Shown here: positions 1-10,076 of the stretch, in pieces
Layout: each line of letters opens with the position of its first letter
Numbering within the stretch: the first letter of the stretch is position 1
From: Nemertoderma westbladi
Taxonomy: Eukaryota; Animalia; Xenacoelomorpha
Direction of reading: 5' to 3'
Assembly (NCBI GenBank): GCA_032718475.1
Contig: JAUCBJ010000680.1
Location: forward strand, 1-50,460
DNA: 50,460 nt
Notes under the pieces: model-generated
What the model saw: the letters and a program-made list of their open reading frames with translations, nothing else
Told to the model about the DNA's origin: nothing
Databases searched by the model: none
Made by a program: the position numbers and the translations under genes

Positions 1-1
1 A

Positions 2-3000
2 GAAACTTTCCGTCGGAATATACCTACCGATCGAGAATACGGTAGCCGCGGGGAGGATTATTCGAGAAGAATAAACTTCGATCCCGAACAACACATGCAG
101 ACTGTAGGGCATACTGTAGGTCTTACTGCACATACCGTAGGCCATACTGAGAGAGGCAATGTAGGCGATAGGATAGCGCGGACGACGGGATTAAACCCGG
201 AAGTCGCGGAATACATACCGGCGGGTAGGCCAGAAGCTGATAGGCCTATACCGGTACCAGCACAGCAGTATGACTACAGCATGCAGGGACATAACATATA
301 CCCAGGGGAGGGGGGAATTATTGCGGATAGGTGTATGGGCCCCAACATATTAACATCAACCCCAGTACCAGACATACCGGTGGGGGGGGGACAGGGTGAC
401 ATTCCCCCATCACAATATCAACAATATACCCCGACAGGAACAAGAACGAGACCCCTAGATGAAAACAGGTCGTGTGATACAGACATATGGAGGGGGCCGC
501 TACCCCCGATGACATATCCGAGTCAGAGAAGATCAAGAAATAGGACGGACGAACCGCACCAGACAAGGGAAACTATACAGCACCCGTCGAATCCATTAGA
601 AGCGCAGGCAATGGGGATGGCCACGTTGATCGATGCGTTGAAAACGAGGATCGAATTACCACCCGTGGAACCGTTCAAATTCGATGGGAGCAGGCCGGAA
701 GAATACTTACAGTTTCGGCGAATGTATAGCAACGAAATACTAACAAAAAACTTGACGCAGGCGGAGTGCCTAAAGTATCTACAAGTGTACACGGGAGGCC
801 CAGCATACGATATCGTGAGGCAATACCAAGGAATAGAGGGCGGCTTCACGACAGCATGGCGGGCACTGGATAGGGAATACGGGCACCCGGCCAAGATCAT
901 CAGGCAAACGCTGAGAGGCATAACATCGGGTGGCCTACAGGATAATCCCGTTAGCATTAAGACGTTTGCTAACAAAGTCGAGAAGGCGCTGATCGTGCTG
1001 AAGACGCTAGACGCGCCATACGAGCTCAACGCGTCCAATAACATCACCACGATAGCGCAGGCACTACCGAGCTGGCTGCGCAACAAATGGAGGAAGGTCG
1101 CTTTCTCCACCCGAGACAAGAAGGGTGCGGAACCAGGTTTAGAAGAAATGTCAAACTTCTTAAATTACGAGGCTGAACTAATAACGGACCCAGTCTATAG
1201 TGAAGATAGCCTGGGAAAGGGACCAAAGGCAGATCACTACAGGCCCAAACCAGAGCACAATACATCGAACGCGTTACCGAGACTCAGGCAATCATTGCCA
1301 TATGCAGCGACGCAGGGGACTGCAAGTCCACAGACAAGCGAAGATAGGACAACATCAGGGGGCGGACAGGGGAACAATAACAACATGAATAAACATAACC
1401 CCAATACGTCCAGTAGGTCAAACCCAGTCAATAAGAATAGTAGGGACTTTGGTACGAATATAACTGCGATACGCAATGCATTGTATAAAGAGGGCTACGA
1501 CCCAAAGAGCAAGTGCCAGTTACACGCAAATGCGCTTCATAAAACCATGAACTGCAGGTACTGGCAGGCGCTACCGAGGCAAGACCAGATAGATTACGCG
1601 TCGAGCAATAAAATCTGCTCGCGATGTGTGAAGAGTGGACACAAGGCCAGGGAATGCCAAGAGAAGCCGGTCAAGTTTGGCCAAAGGAGAGGCCAGACGA
1701 TGGCAACAAGCACAATAGGGGCGAAGAAGAGAGGAACAGTGCTACTTGGAGTAGTACCAGTGCGAGTGATCGGAGAAGGCAATCGATCAGTAACAACACT
1801 AATGCTGGTTGATAGTGGAGCTGCCTTCACATTAGTTGAGGAATGGGTAGCCGAAGAAATAGGGTTGAGAACGAGGCCAAGCAGGATGGCGGTGACAACC
1901 ATCTCTAGCAAAGACGAGATCCTAGAGATGAGGACAGGACGGTGCGCAATTGCAGCAGTGGCACCAGGATGCGATTACGGGGCAACCATCGACCCCATCC
2001 AAGTAATAGAGTCAATTAACATCAATGCCAGGCGGCCAACCAACATCGAGGTCGAGCAATACAAATTCCTGGACAACATTGACTTCTCAATCCCAGACGT
2101 GGACGTTAGGAAGGTATCCATCATAGTAGGCATGGACTGCCCAACAGCCCACGAGAGAATGCAAACGGTCTTCGGCGAAGACAAGCAGAGCGACCCGGTG
2201 GCCATACTAACGCCATTCGGGTGGACGCTGAGTGGTCCAATTAAGAGCAAGATACCATTCAGGATGTCGGAGACATCAGGATGCATGTTCGCGGGAACAA
2301 TGCAGGAAATGGGTGACGAGGGAGCAGAGGAGCAGCTTAAAAGACTGCTCAGGCAGGACTTCGAGGGACTGAAAGAGACCGGAGTCGGGACCTCGGTAGA
2401 AGACAAGCAGGCTCTACAAAGTGTGGAGGAATCCATGACGTGTGATGAGGGGCGGTATACAATAGGAATGGTATGGAAACTACCGAAGATACCGCTACCC
2501 GATAATAGAGGGATGGTACTCACGAGACTCCGCAAGCTGAAACAAACACTACAACGGAGCCCCGAGAAGAACGAGTACATTCACAAAACCATTAAGAAGT
2601 ACGTCGAGAAAGGATGGGCCGTGGAGTTACCGGTCGACGAACCGAACACGGACAGGACATACTACCTGCCACTCCACGTAGCTTTAGACCCAAAGAAAGG
2701 TAAACTTAGGATGGTAGTCGATGCATCGGCAAAGACCGACGGAAAGTGCTTAAACGATTACCTACTAGAGGGCCCAAACATATACAATTCGGGCATAGAA
2801 GTACTACTTAGATTTAGGAATGGGAAACACGCCTTCACGTGTGACATAGAAGGCATGTTCAACCAAGTCCGAGTAACAGAGGAAGATAGCGATAGTCAAC
2901 GCTTCTTATGGTATAACGGCGAAGAAGAACCGCCTATAATACCGGCATATAAGATGGTAGTACAAAACATGGGGGCCAAGTCGTCCTCATTTACGACGAC

Positions 3001-5719
3001 TATGGCAGTGAGAGACACGGTAAAGGGGAAGGAGGATAGATATAGCAGTAGGGCCGTCGACATGATCAGACGCGGTTTCTACGTAGACGACGGCATGGAG
3101 TCTGGAAATACGGTTGAGGAGATACTGGGAACAGGGCGCGAGGTTCGCGACATCCTGAGAGGATCCGGCTTCAACCTGACCAAATTCCAATCCAGTTCAG
3201 AAGAATTTATCAGGGAAATAGAGGACAAGAAACCAGAATCGACCATGGACAACCCTACAACAGCCAAAGGACAGGACATGGCGATTAAGAGAACGGAATC
3301 CCAGCAGAAGGCGTTGGGAATCGTGTGGGATAGGAAAACAGACGAACTGAAGTATCAGCTGAGCCAGGAGGGCGCAGACACCCATACGAAGAGGGGTTAC
3401 GTATCGTATATAGCAAGGATATACGATCCCTTAGGCCTAGCATCCCCATTACTAGTCACGGGGAAACAGATACTCAAGAGAGTATATAAGTTGAAGGATG
3501 AGTGGGACGTAGAGGTACCAGAAGACATTAAGAAACAGTGGAGCAAATGGACAGGAGACTTGGAGAGGATGGGAACATACAACATGCCGCGAGTGTATTT
3601 CCCGGACGGGAACATGACGAATCTGGACCTACATATGTTCTCCGACGCGTCGTTAGAGGCATACGGAGCGGCACTCTATTTAGTACAACGAGAGGGGCCT
3701 CACAAGCCCAGACTAGCCTTTAGCAAAGCTAAGTCAACGCCGCCAGATTCAGCATCTGTTTCCAAGTTAGAATTAACAGCCGCGAGACTAGGAGTTAGAG
3801 CCACAGCCTACCTAGTGGATACAATTCCCAACATAGTGGAGACACACTACTGGACGGACTCCATGGTAGTGCTTGGTTGGCTACACAACGAAAAGACGAG
3901 GTACCCGATATTCGTCGCGAATAGAGTGGACGAAATAAGGGCGAGCACAGAATTGGAAAGGTGGCACTACTGCCCAACAGACGAGAACCCAGCGGACTTG
4001 CTGTCGAGGGGCGTGGAACGCCACACTTTCTTAAAGAAAGAAGTATTGTGGCAAAACGGGCCACAATTTCTGAGCGATAGGGAGGCCTGGCCGCCGATGA
4101 GGAAGGTGGACCCGGGCTCGGAAGTAGTATCAGAAGGAGAAGAGGGAGATTCAGAGGGAGAAGAGATATACTCCCAGATGGTGAGGGAGATCAGGGACGT
4201 GCAACCAGGAAGGGAACTGTGCGATAACCCGACGGATAAACTCCTCAGCTACAGTTCTAGTTGGTATAAGACCAAGAAACTAGTGGCGTACTGGAGAGCC
4301 TTTGGGAATTTCCTTGCGGGAGTCGGCAAGGACAAGAAGACCAGGACAACCATAGATCTGGAAGGAGCGGCCAAGGCAGTGATCCGCTACGAACAACGCA
4401 AGAACTACGGCGACGAGGTGGAACGTGTCGGTAACCAACAACATCTCCGACGGGATAGCGAGTTGATCACGCTGTCGCCACAACTCAACGAGGATGGGAT
4501 CCTAGTAATGAATTCAAGGGTGGGATATAACAACAGTATAGTTGTGCCACCGAAACCCATCATCATTCCCACAGGATCGCCTATAGTCCACCAGATCATA
4601 TGGGACTCCCACAAATCGATACTGCATGGGGGCACCAACCGAACCCTCACAGAGATAAGGAGGACCTATTGGGTCAAACAACTAAGGAAGAAGGTTAAAG
4701 CGGTAGTGGGGCAGTGCCAGACCTGCAGACGAGCGAAGAAGGAACGAGCCGTACAGGAGATGGCGCCACTACCGGCGAGTAGGGTAAGACAGCACGACCC
4801 GCCATTTACACATTGCGGTGTGGACATGTTCGGGCCGATAAAGATCAAGGTGATGCGACACACGGAGAAACGCTACGGTATTATCTTCGTATGCAACAAT
4901 ACGCGGGCGGTAGGGATAGAACTCGCCCAAGATGCAACCGCATCAGCCTTCATTAACGCCTTAGAAAGGTTTAGGGACCGCAAAGGTGGGACGATCGCAG
5001 TAATATATAGCGACAACGGCACCAACTTTGTGGGTGCAGAGAGTGAGATGGCAGAGGCCTTAGACATCTTGGAGGGAGAAGAAGTCAGGGCGGCCATGAG
5101 AAGACGACAAGTGAAGTGGGAGAGACGGACGCCGTATGCACCACATACACTAGGATGCGTCGAAAGACTGGTGGGCAGTTCGAAACGTCTAATGACGAAG
5201 CTGATGAACACCCACATGGTCACTGAAGACGTCTTACGGACGGTACTTGCAAAGTGCGAGGGGATCATTAATAGCAGACCGCTATACCCGGAGAATGATG
5301 ACCCTGAGTCACTAGACGTGTTGACGCCTAGCCATTTCCTGATGGAAAGGCCAGCGACCATAGATATGCGGGGTGTAGACCCAGATGATATACACTCCCG
5401 GCAAAGTTGGAAAGTAGCTAAAGCAATTAGCGCAGAGTATTGGAGGAGGTGGGTAGAAGAATACCTACCCACGCTCCATAAGCGAAGCAAGTGGAGGAAG
5501 CCAAACAGGGAGTTGAGAGAGGGAGATCTCGTAATCGTCACGGATGATACTATCATCAACAACCAATGGCGGTTGGCGAGAGTTGTAGGCACCTACTCCG
5601 ACGAGGACGGAAGAGTCCGATCGGTAGAAGTGCGGATAGGTGGAAAGATAGGTGCGAAAGACAGGAAAACCTACAGGAGAGCAGTAGGTAAATGCTGTCT
5701 CCTAGAAGGGGCACCTTAA
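2..5719 (+). CDS. BEL/Pao Gag-Pol polyprotein (Gag, Zn knuckle, aspartic protease, RT, RNase H, integrase with C-terminal DUF5641-like region); 5' incomplete
   Basis: Frame is open from base 2 through ATG 95 to TAA 5719. Gag PFKFDG..EYLQF; knuckles CQLH-x4-H-x4-C and CSRC-x4-H-x4-C (1616-1657); protease LVDSGA (1811); RT YYLPLH, RMVVDAS, CDIEGMFNQV, YVDD (3080); IYDPLG; RNase H FSDAS..AYG, WTDS, NPADLLSRG; integrase H..HGG/CQTC, DMFGP, SDNGTNF, ERLVG; C-terminal WRRWVEEYL. Confidence 0.96.
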   Translation, partial: ETFRRNIPTDREYGSRGEDYSRRINFDPEQHMQTVGHTVGLTAHTVGHTERGNVGDRIARTTGLNPEVAEYIPAGRPEADRPIPVPAQQYDYSMQGHNIYPGEGGIIADRCMGPNILTSTPVPDIPVGGGQGDIPPSQYQQYTPTGTRTRPLDENRSCDTDIWRGPLPPMTYPSQRRSRNRTDEPHQTRETIQHPSNPLEAQAMGMATLIDALKTRIELPPVEPFKFDGSRPEEYLQFRRMYSNEILTKNLTQAECLKYLQVYTGGPAYDIVRQYQGIEGGFTTAWRALDREYGHPAKIIRQTLRGITSGGLQDNPVSIKTFANKVEKALIVLKTLDAPYELNASNNITTIAQALPSWLRNKWRKVAFSTRDKKGAEPGLEEMSNFLNYEAELITDPVYSEDSLGKGPKADHYRPKPEHNTSNALPRLRQSLPYAATQGTASPQTSEDRTTSGGGQGNNNNMNKHNPNTSSRSNPVNKNSRDFGTNITAIRNALYKEGYDPKSKCQLHANALHKTMNCRYWQALPRQDQIDYASSNKICSRCVKSGHKARECQEKPVKFGQRRGQTMATSTIGAKKRGTVLLGVVPVRVIGEGNRSVTTLMLVDSGAAFTLVEEWVAEEIGLRTRPSRMAVTTISSKDEILEMRTGRCAIAAVAPGCDYGATIDPIQVIESININARRPTNIEVEQYKFLDNIDFSIPDVDVRKVSIIVGMDCPTAHERMQTVFGEDKQSDPVAILTPFGWTLSGPIKSKIPFRMSETSGCMFAGTMQEMGDEGAEEQLKRLLRQDFEGLKETGVGTSVEDKQALQSVEESMTCDEGRYTIGMVWKLPKIPLPDNRGMVLTRLRKLKQTLQRSPEKNEYIHKTIKKYVEKGWAVELPVDEPNTDRTYYLPLHVALDPKKGKLRMVVDASAKTDGKCLNDYLLEGPNIYNSGIEVLLRFRNGKHAFTCDIEGMFNQVRVTEEDSDSQRFLWYNGEEEPPIIPAYKMVVQNMGAKSSSFTTTMAVRDTVKGKEDRYSSRAVDMIRRGFYVDDGMESGNTVEEILGTGREVRDILRGSGFNLTKFQSSSEEFIREIEDKKPESTMDNPTTAKGQDMAIKRTESQQKALGIVWDRKTDELKYQLSQEGADTHTKRGYVSYIARIYDPLGLASPLLVTGKQILKRVYKLKDEWDVEVPEDIKKQWSKWTGDLERMGTYNMPRVYFPDGNMTNLDLHMFSDASLEAYGAALYLVQREGPHKPRLAFSKAKSTPPDSASVSKLELTAARLGVRATAYLVDTIPNIVETHYWTDSMVVLGWLHNEKTRYPIFVANRVDEIRASTELERWHYCPTDENPADLLSRGVERHTFLKKEVLWQNGPQFLSDREAWPPMRKVDPGSEVVSEGEEGDSEGEEIYSQMVREIRDVQPGRELCDNPTDKLLSYSSSWYKTKKLVAYWRAFGNFLAGVGKDKKTRTTIDLEGAAKAVIRYEQRKNYGDEVERVGNQQHLRRDSELITLSPQLNEDGILVMNSRVGYNNSIVVPPKPIIIPTGSPIVHQIIWDSHKSILHGGTNRTLTEIRRTYWVKQLRKKVKAVVGQCQTCRRAKKERAVQEMAPLPASRVRQHDPPFTHCGVDMFGPIKIKVMRHTEKRYGIIFVCNNTRAVGIELAQDATASAFINALERFRDRKGGTIAVIYSDNGTNFVGAESEMAEALDILEGEEVRAAMRRRQVKWERRTPYAPHTLGCVERLVGSSKRLMTKLMNTHMVTEDVLRTVLAKCEGIINSRPLYPENDDPESLDVLTPSHFLMERPATIDMRGVDPDDIHSRQSWKVAKAISAEYWRRWVEEYLPTLHKRSKWRKPNRELREGDLVIVTDDTIINNQWRLARVVGTYSDEDGRVRSVEVRIGGKIGAKDRKTYRRAVGKCCLLEGAP

Positions 5720-5760
5720 ATTAGAGTTAGTGTGAAGTTTAGTCGTCCAAGTTTTGGACT

Positions 5761-5773
5761 GAGGGGGGTGGGA
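5761..5773 (+). promoter_or_regulatory. PPT-like G-rich tract directly after pol (possibly ancestral or internal PPT)
   Basis: gaggggggtggga begins 42 nt after the pol stop, where a BEL PPT normally lies. It is preceded by the hairpin gtccaa-gtt-ttggac and followed by agggcg-aga-cgccct and an (aaata)n tract. Confidence 0.45.
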
Positions 5774-5833
5774 TTGAGGGCGAGACGCCCTTCCCACACA
5801 AATAAAATAAAATAAAATAAAAAATAAATAAAA

Positions 5834-6340
5834 GTTAGTTAGTTAGTAGGTACGTAGTACCTAGAGTTAGTTAGTTAGTAGGTACGTAGTACCTAGAGTT
5901 AGTTAGTTAGTAGGTACGTAGTACCTAGAGTTAGTTAGTTAGTAGGTACGTAATGCCTAGATAGAGTTAGAGGGTAGGTAGTACCGATAGTTAGAGTTAG
6001 TAGGTACGTAGTACCTAGTTAGAGTTAGAGTTAGTGGGTACGTAGTACCTAGTTAGAGTTAGAGGGTACGTAATGCCTAGATAGAGTTAGAGGGTAGGTA
6101 GTACCGATAGTTAGAGTTAGTAGGTACGTAGTACCTAGTTAGAGTTAGAGTTAGTGGGTACGTAGTACCTAGTTAGAGTTAGAGGGTACGTAATGCCTAG
6201 ATAGAGTTAGAGGGTAGGTAGTACCGATAGTTAGAGTTAGTAGGTACGTAGTACCTAGTTAGAGTTAGAGTTAGTAGGTAGGTAGTACCGATAGAGTTAG
6301 AGTTAGAGGGTACGTAGTACCACTAGTTAGAGAGAGAGAG
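5834..6340 (+). repeat. Tandem array of taggtac-gta-gtaccta hairpins separated by (gtta)n/(gttaga)n linkers
   Basis: About 3.5 copies of the 32-bp unit gttagttagttagtaggtacgtagtacctaga from 5834, then a 120-bp higher-order period (lines 6001 and 6121 identical, 6241 starts the same way). Confidence 0.92.
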
Positions 6341-6836
6341 TAAGAGGCAAAAGGGGGTAAAATAGGGTATAGATATTAGTTAGGAGTAAGTAGAGTTAGT
6401 AGCGAGAGGGGGGCATATGAGTGCAGCTGGATAAATCGTGTGGCCACACGACGCATACTGCTGTACTGCATAGGCCCACTGATTAGGCCAGAATATGGAT
6501 CAAAGAGAGAACAGAATAAATCCATAGGCAGTAGTAAGTAGTAGGACAGTAGAATCAAAGCAAAATAAATAAATAAATAGAATAGGGCTAAAAATCGGAA
6601 AATAGTGGTAACACAAGAAAAGTCGTTCTAGAACATAATAAAAGTAACGGACAGAAATCGTAAACTAGGCTGATTTACTAGCTCCGAAATTAATTAAATT
6701 AAATTAGGCTTGAAAGGCGCAGTTAAGTAGAAAAGTAGGCCATTATCGAACTGTAGGAAACATCTCAATACATCACTCATCTGTATTGCGCCTTGGTAAG
6801 GCACCACCCTGCAGGTGAGCGAGTGTAGTGTTCGGA

Positions 6837-9371
6837 ATGGCGAGTAAGCTGATCAGGAAGAGAAAGGCGGAGTCAGGAGGAAAAGAAATATTGGTGGATT
6901 TCACCGAAAGACACCCGGAGGAGAAGACGAGAGGATACTACGAGAGGTTGGAAAGGGGTCACGCGGCACGAGCGCTGCAGGATCACTTCCGGGAGGCGCA
7001 CGAACAGCGGTTGGTCGGGACCTACGGGACGCCGTCGCTGGATAACGCAATCTTCCAACACTTCCACTACGTAGTGAAAGGAGACGAGGCGAAGTTCGGG
7101 ATTCCGAAGTATCCGAGGGAATCGCCGAGGAAGGACTGGAAAAGATTCATAGAGTCCGTCAACAGAGGAGGATATATGATCCTAGATGACGAGGGAACCG
7201 TGGAAGACGAAGCGGGATCGAGACGAGGAATGGCAGGATCGGCCAGGACCATACTCTTGCATTTGGCAGCGCCAAATGGGGACATCTTCTTATTCGACTT
7301 AGGGACGTATGGGAAGAAGGACGGGCCGAAATTAGACCGACTGCCGAAAGCGGTACAGGTCTTAGTAAGAGAGAAGTCGACGACGAAAGTGGGATCGGCG
7401 ATTCGCGAGGACGCGGAGAGGATCATCGGTCCGGACGCCACCAACCTCCTGGATATGCAGAAAGTCTTTATGGCTATGACGGCACCGGATGGATTGGGGG
7501 TGGTCGAGAACTTAGGCCAATGCGGGGCGGTGGCGATGGGCCAATTATTGGGGCTCGTATGCCACAAACCAATGGATTGGGGGAAGTTTAGGGAAGAATA
7601 CGGAGCAGAACTAGCGAACTCGCTGAAGTGGGGAGCGAGACCGGGAAAGCAGGAGGTATATAAGTTTCGCAGAGGAGCGATAAAGGTATATCAGAAGCGA
7701 TATATCCTGCAGGAGGACTGGATGATGATAAGTTTACTTAACTTATTCATGACCGTAGTTATCGAAAGAGAACCAGGGGCATTTCTGTTATCGGGATCAC
7801 CCCTAAGCTACAGGAGAGCCTTTAAGACGGCCTTTGACGGTCTGGTAGACCACCCGGGGCTGAAGGGCGAGTCGGTGTACTACAACAGCCGACATCTGGT
7901 AGATGGGGAGACGGATACACCGTATCAGAGATGGGAGCAGCTAGAGATGGATAGACGGGAAGCAAAGCGACTGGAAGAAGTCGCTAGACGGGAGAGGATA
8001 GAAGCAGAGGAGAGGGAAGAGGAGGCCAGGACACAGAGTTATGGCTTCGAGGAACAGGCGGGTCTAGACGAGCTTCATTGGACTTCGTCAGGGAGTTCGG
8101 GGGAGTCTCTAGGACGAGAATTGGGATGGACGGTGGGATCGCCGAAACAGTCGACGTCGGGGTTGCAAACGATGCCCATACCAGCGGGCGCCGAGGGCGA
8201 CCAACCGCCAAGGAAGTTAAGGGAGCTAGAGAGATGGAGAGCTACCGGCGAGAGCCAAGGCGGGAAGGGACATAGTGGATCCATCGGGATACCGGGATTG
8301 GAGACGCTACCGGAAGAAGAGGACGACGACGACGAATTCGGAGAGATACCGCCCATCGAAAGGATAAGCCACTCGGACACGGACTGGGTTGGCGGAAGGG
8401 TGGTGACGGCCAGTGGGGCAAGGGCCTTCTGGAACAGATCCGGCAAGCGGACCTGGGTGCACGAGGGGCCGGCGATGGATTTCGCGGGGAGCACCATCAG
8501 GTTGGGCGAGCAACCGGGGACGGCACCACGGATAGTATTCGGGGAGACGATGCCCGAGAGGGGCGGAGAGATAGACGTGAACAGGGAGAGCAATGTAGAG
8601 AAGTTCGCCTACCAGCGACTCCATAGACCGCGGAGATCGCTTGGGACGAAGGACGAGGTGGGACGCGAGACATTGGTACTCGGCTGCGACTACTGTGGGA
8701 GACAGACCCATCAGGAAAGCAGCTGCCTATACCGGTTCCAACGGGGAACCTTTTGTCTCTATTGTAGAGAACCAAGTCACAGGATGGGGGCGTGTCCACG
8801 GTTGCATAACCGATGTCCAAAGTGCCACTTTCGGGGACACTACGGACGCGAGTGCGACTGGATGAGCGACGAGGAGAAGTTCACGAGGTTCGAGGAGTGG
8901 GCCGACGTCGGGGCCATGACGCGCCAGCGCATGAAGGCCCAAGAGTTCAAGTGGGGTTTCTTCCTCATAAACCAGGAGACCCACATGGAAATAATAAAGC
9001 GAAGGTTACCGTTTACCTATCAAGAGGTAGCTACGGCGGCATCGTTCGCCGGAGTTATGAACACGCAACGGTACCTGGACAGGTGGACACCAGAGAACCG
9101 GAGGGAGTTTAGGGATTTCTTGGCGGAACACGTACCAAAGGCAATGAAGATGATCCTATGGGACGCCACACGAGGGAAACAACCAGGCCATTCTGAGGGG
9201 CCACCGGCGAAGCGGTATCGGGCTTTAATAACACCAGCGCCCAAGGAGCCGACGACCGGGATCAGCAAGGAAGTGGCAGCGAAGGTCCGGAAGCAGAAAG
9301 CGGATGATGCCAGAGGAACAGTGATAACCAAGAAACGGGCCAGGGAGGAGGACGTGAGGAGGTACAGATGA
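6837..9371 (+). CDS. Retrotransposon ORF2: DEDDy-type (WRN/EXD2/Mut-7/RNase D-like) 3'-5' exonuclease domain, acidic linker, three CCHC zinc knuckles
   Basis: First ATG at 6837 (in-frame TGA at 6816). ExoI YMILDDEG (D 7185, E 7191); ILLHLA..IFLFDL; LPKAVQVLV..KVGSAIREDAERI (ExoII D 7410); NLLDMQ; Q..YILQED (ExoIII-like, 7701-7718). Three CX2CX4HX4C at 8685-8855. Basic NLS-like ends (RKRK, KKRAR). Confidence 0.8.
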   Translation: MASKLIRKRKAESGGKEILVDFTERHPEEKTRGYYERLERGHAARALQDHFREAHEQRLVGTYGTPSLDNAIFQHFHYVVKGDEAKFGIPKYPRESPRKDWKRFIESVNRGGYMILDDEGTVEDEAGSRRGMAGSARTILLHLAAPNGDIFLFDLGTYGKKDGPKLDRLPKAVQVLVREKSTTKVGSAIREDAERIIGPDATNLLDMQKVFMAMTAPDGLGVVENLGQCGAVAMGQLLGLVCHKPMDWGKFREEYGAELANSLKWGARPGKQEVYKFRRGAIKVYQKRYILQEDWMMISLLNLFMTVVIEREPGAFLLSGSPLSYRRAFKTAFDGLVDHPGLKGESVYYNSRHLVDGETDTPYQRWEQLEMDRREAKRLEEVARRERIEAEEREEEARTQSYGFEEQAGLDELHWTSSGSSGESLGRELGWTVGSPKQSTSGLQTMPIPAGAEGDQPPRKLRELERWRATGESQGGKGHSGSIGIPGLETLPEEEDDDDEFGEIPPIERISHSDTDWVGGRVVTASGARAFWNRSGKRTWVHEGPAMDFAGSTIRLGEQPGTAPRIVFGETMPERGGEIDVNRESNVEKFAYQRLHRPRRSLGTKDEVGRETLVLGCDYCGRQTHQESSCLYRFQRGTFCLYCREPSHRMGACPRLHNRCPKCHFRGHYGRECDWMSDEEKFTRFEEWADVGAMTRQRMKAQEFKWGFFLINQETHMEIIKRRLPFTYQEVATAASFAGVMNTQRYLDRWTPENRREFRDFLAEHVPKAMKMILWDATRGKQPGHSEGPPAKRYRALITPAPKEPTTGISKEVAAKVRKQKADDARGTVITKKRAREEDVRRYR

Positions 9372-10076
9372 GTTCCCGGAGGCGAGGGAATGAGACTGAG
9401 ACTGGGAGGTGGTGCGCCTGGAAGGCGCCGCATGTAACGTACGAACTATTAAATATAAATTTAATTAATGCAAATAACTATATAAGTGCAATTCGTATGT
9501 ACGTACGTAGTGATTAGCAGTAAAATATATACGTTTGGAGTAAGTACTATAGTCATACAACCTTTCTCAACTAGCTACTGGGACTGGGGGACAATGACTA
9601 TGGCACTATGGACGAGACAACTGACAATTTCACACTTCTTGAGTGCGGCGGCACGAGAGGGGGGGGAGGTTCGTCAGGAGAGATAAAAACAGTCAAAGTG
9701 GACTTGAGAATCGGAATAAGAGTGATAGAGTGAAGTGCGGAGAGAGTGCGAACGCAATCCTAGTGTGGGGGGGGGAGAATGAGAGGCTGAGTAAGGGACG
9801 AGGAGGTCCGGGGGTATGAGAGAGTTAGGGTGAGAGTGAAGGTGAGATAGGGCGAGAGTGTTGGGGAAACAAAAATCGCGTGAAGAGGTGAGCGCGATCG
9901 GCCCGACATGAGACGCCAGGCGTAAAGGGTAGCGTTATCATACCCAGAGGGAGCGGCCCGGAAAGCCGACTCCGAGAGAAAAGATTTCCACCCCACACCC
10001 GATGCTAGATCGGGATCCAGCGGGATTGTAGCGCACTTTTTTGGTTGATGCTATCTTCTTACCGGGAAGATAGCAT

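Noticed and set aside
5834-6340. CRISPR-like array (palindromic repeats beside a nuclease gene)
   Set aside because: Linkers are low-complexity ttag/ttagag repeats rather than unique spacers, there are no cas genes and the context is eukaryotic. Kept only as a structured tandem array.
6837-9371. ORF2 as an env glycoprotein or as the Gag of a second element
   Set aside because: No evident signal peptide, TM anchor or Cys-rich ectodomain; no capsid-like region or downstream pol; the N-terminal part matches exonuclease motifs.
318-9433. Antisense and alternate-frame ORFs overlapping pol and ORF2
   Set aside because: Shadow ORFs of long coding regions, with no recognisable motifs.
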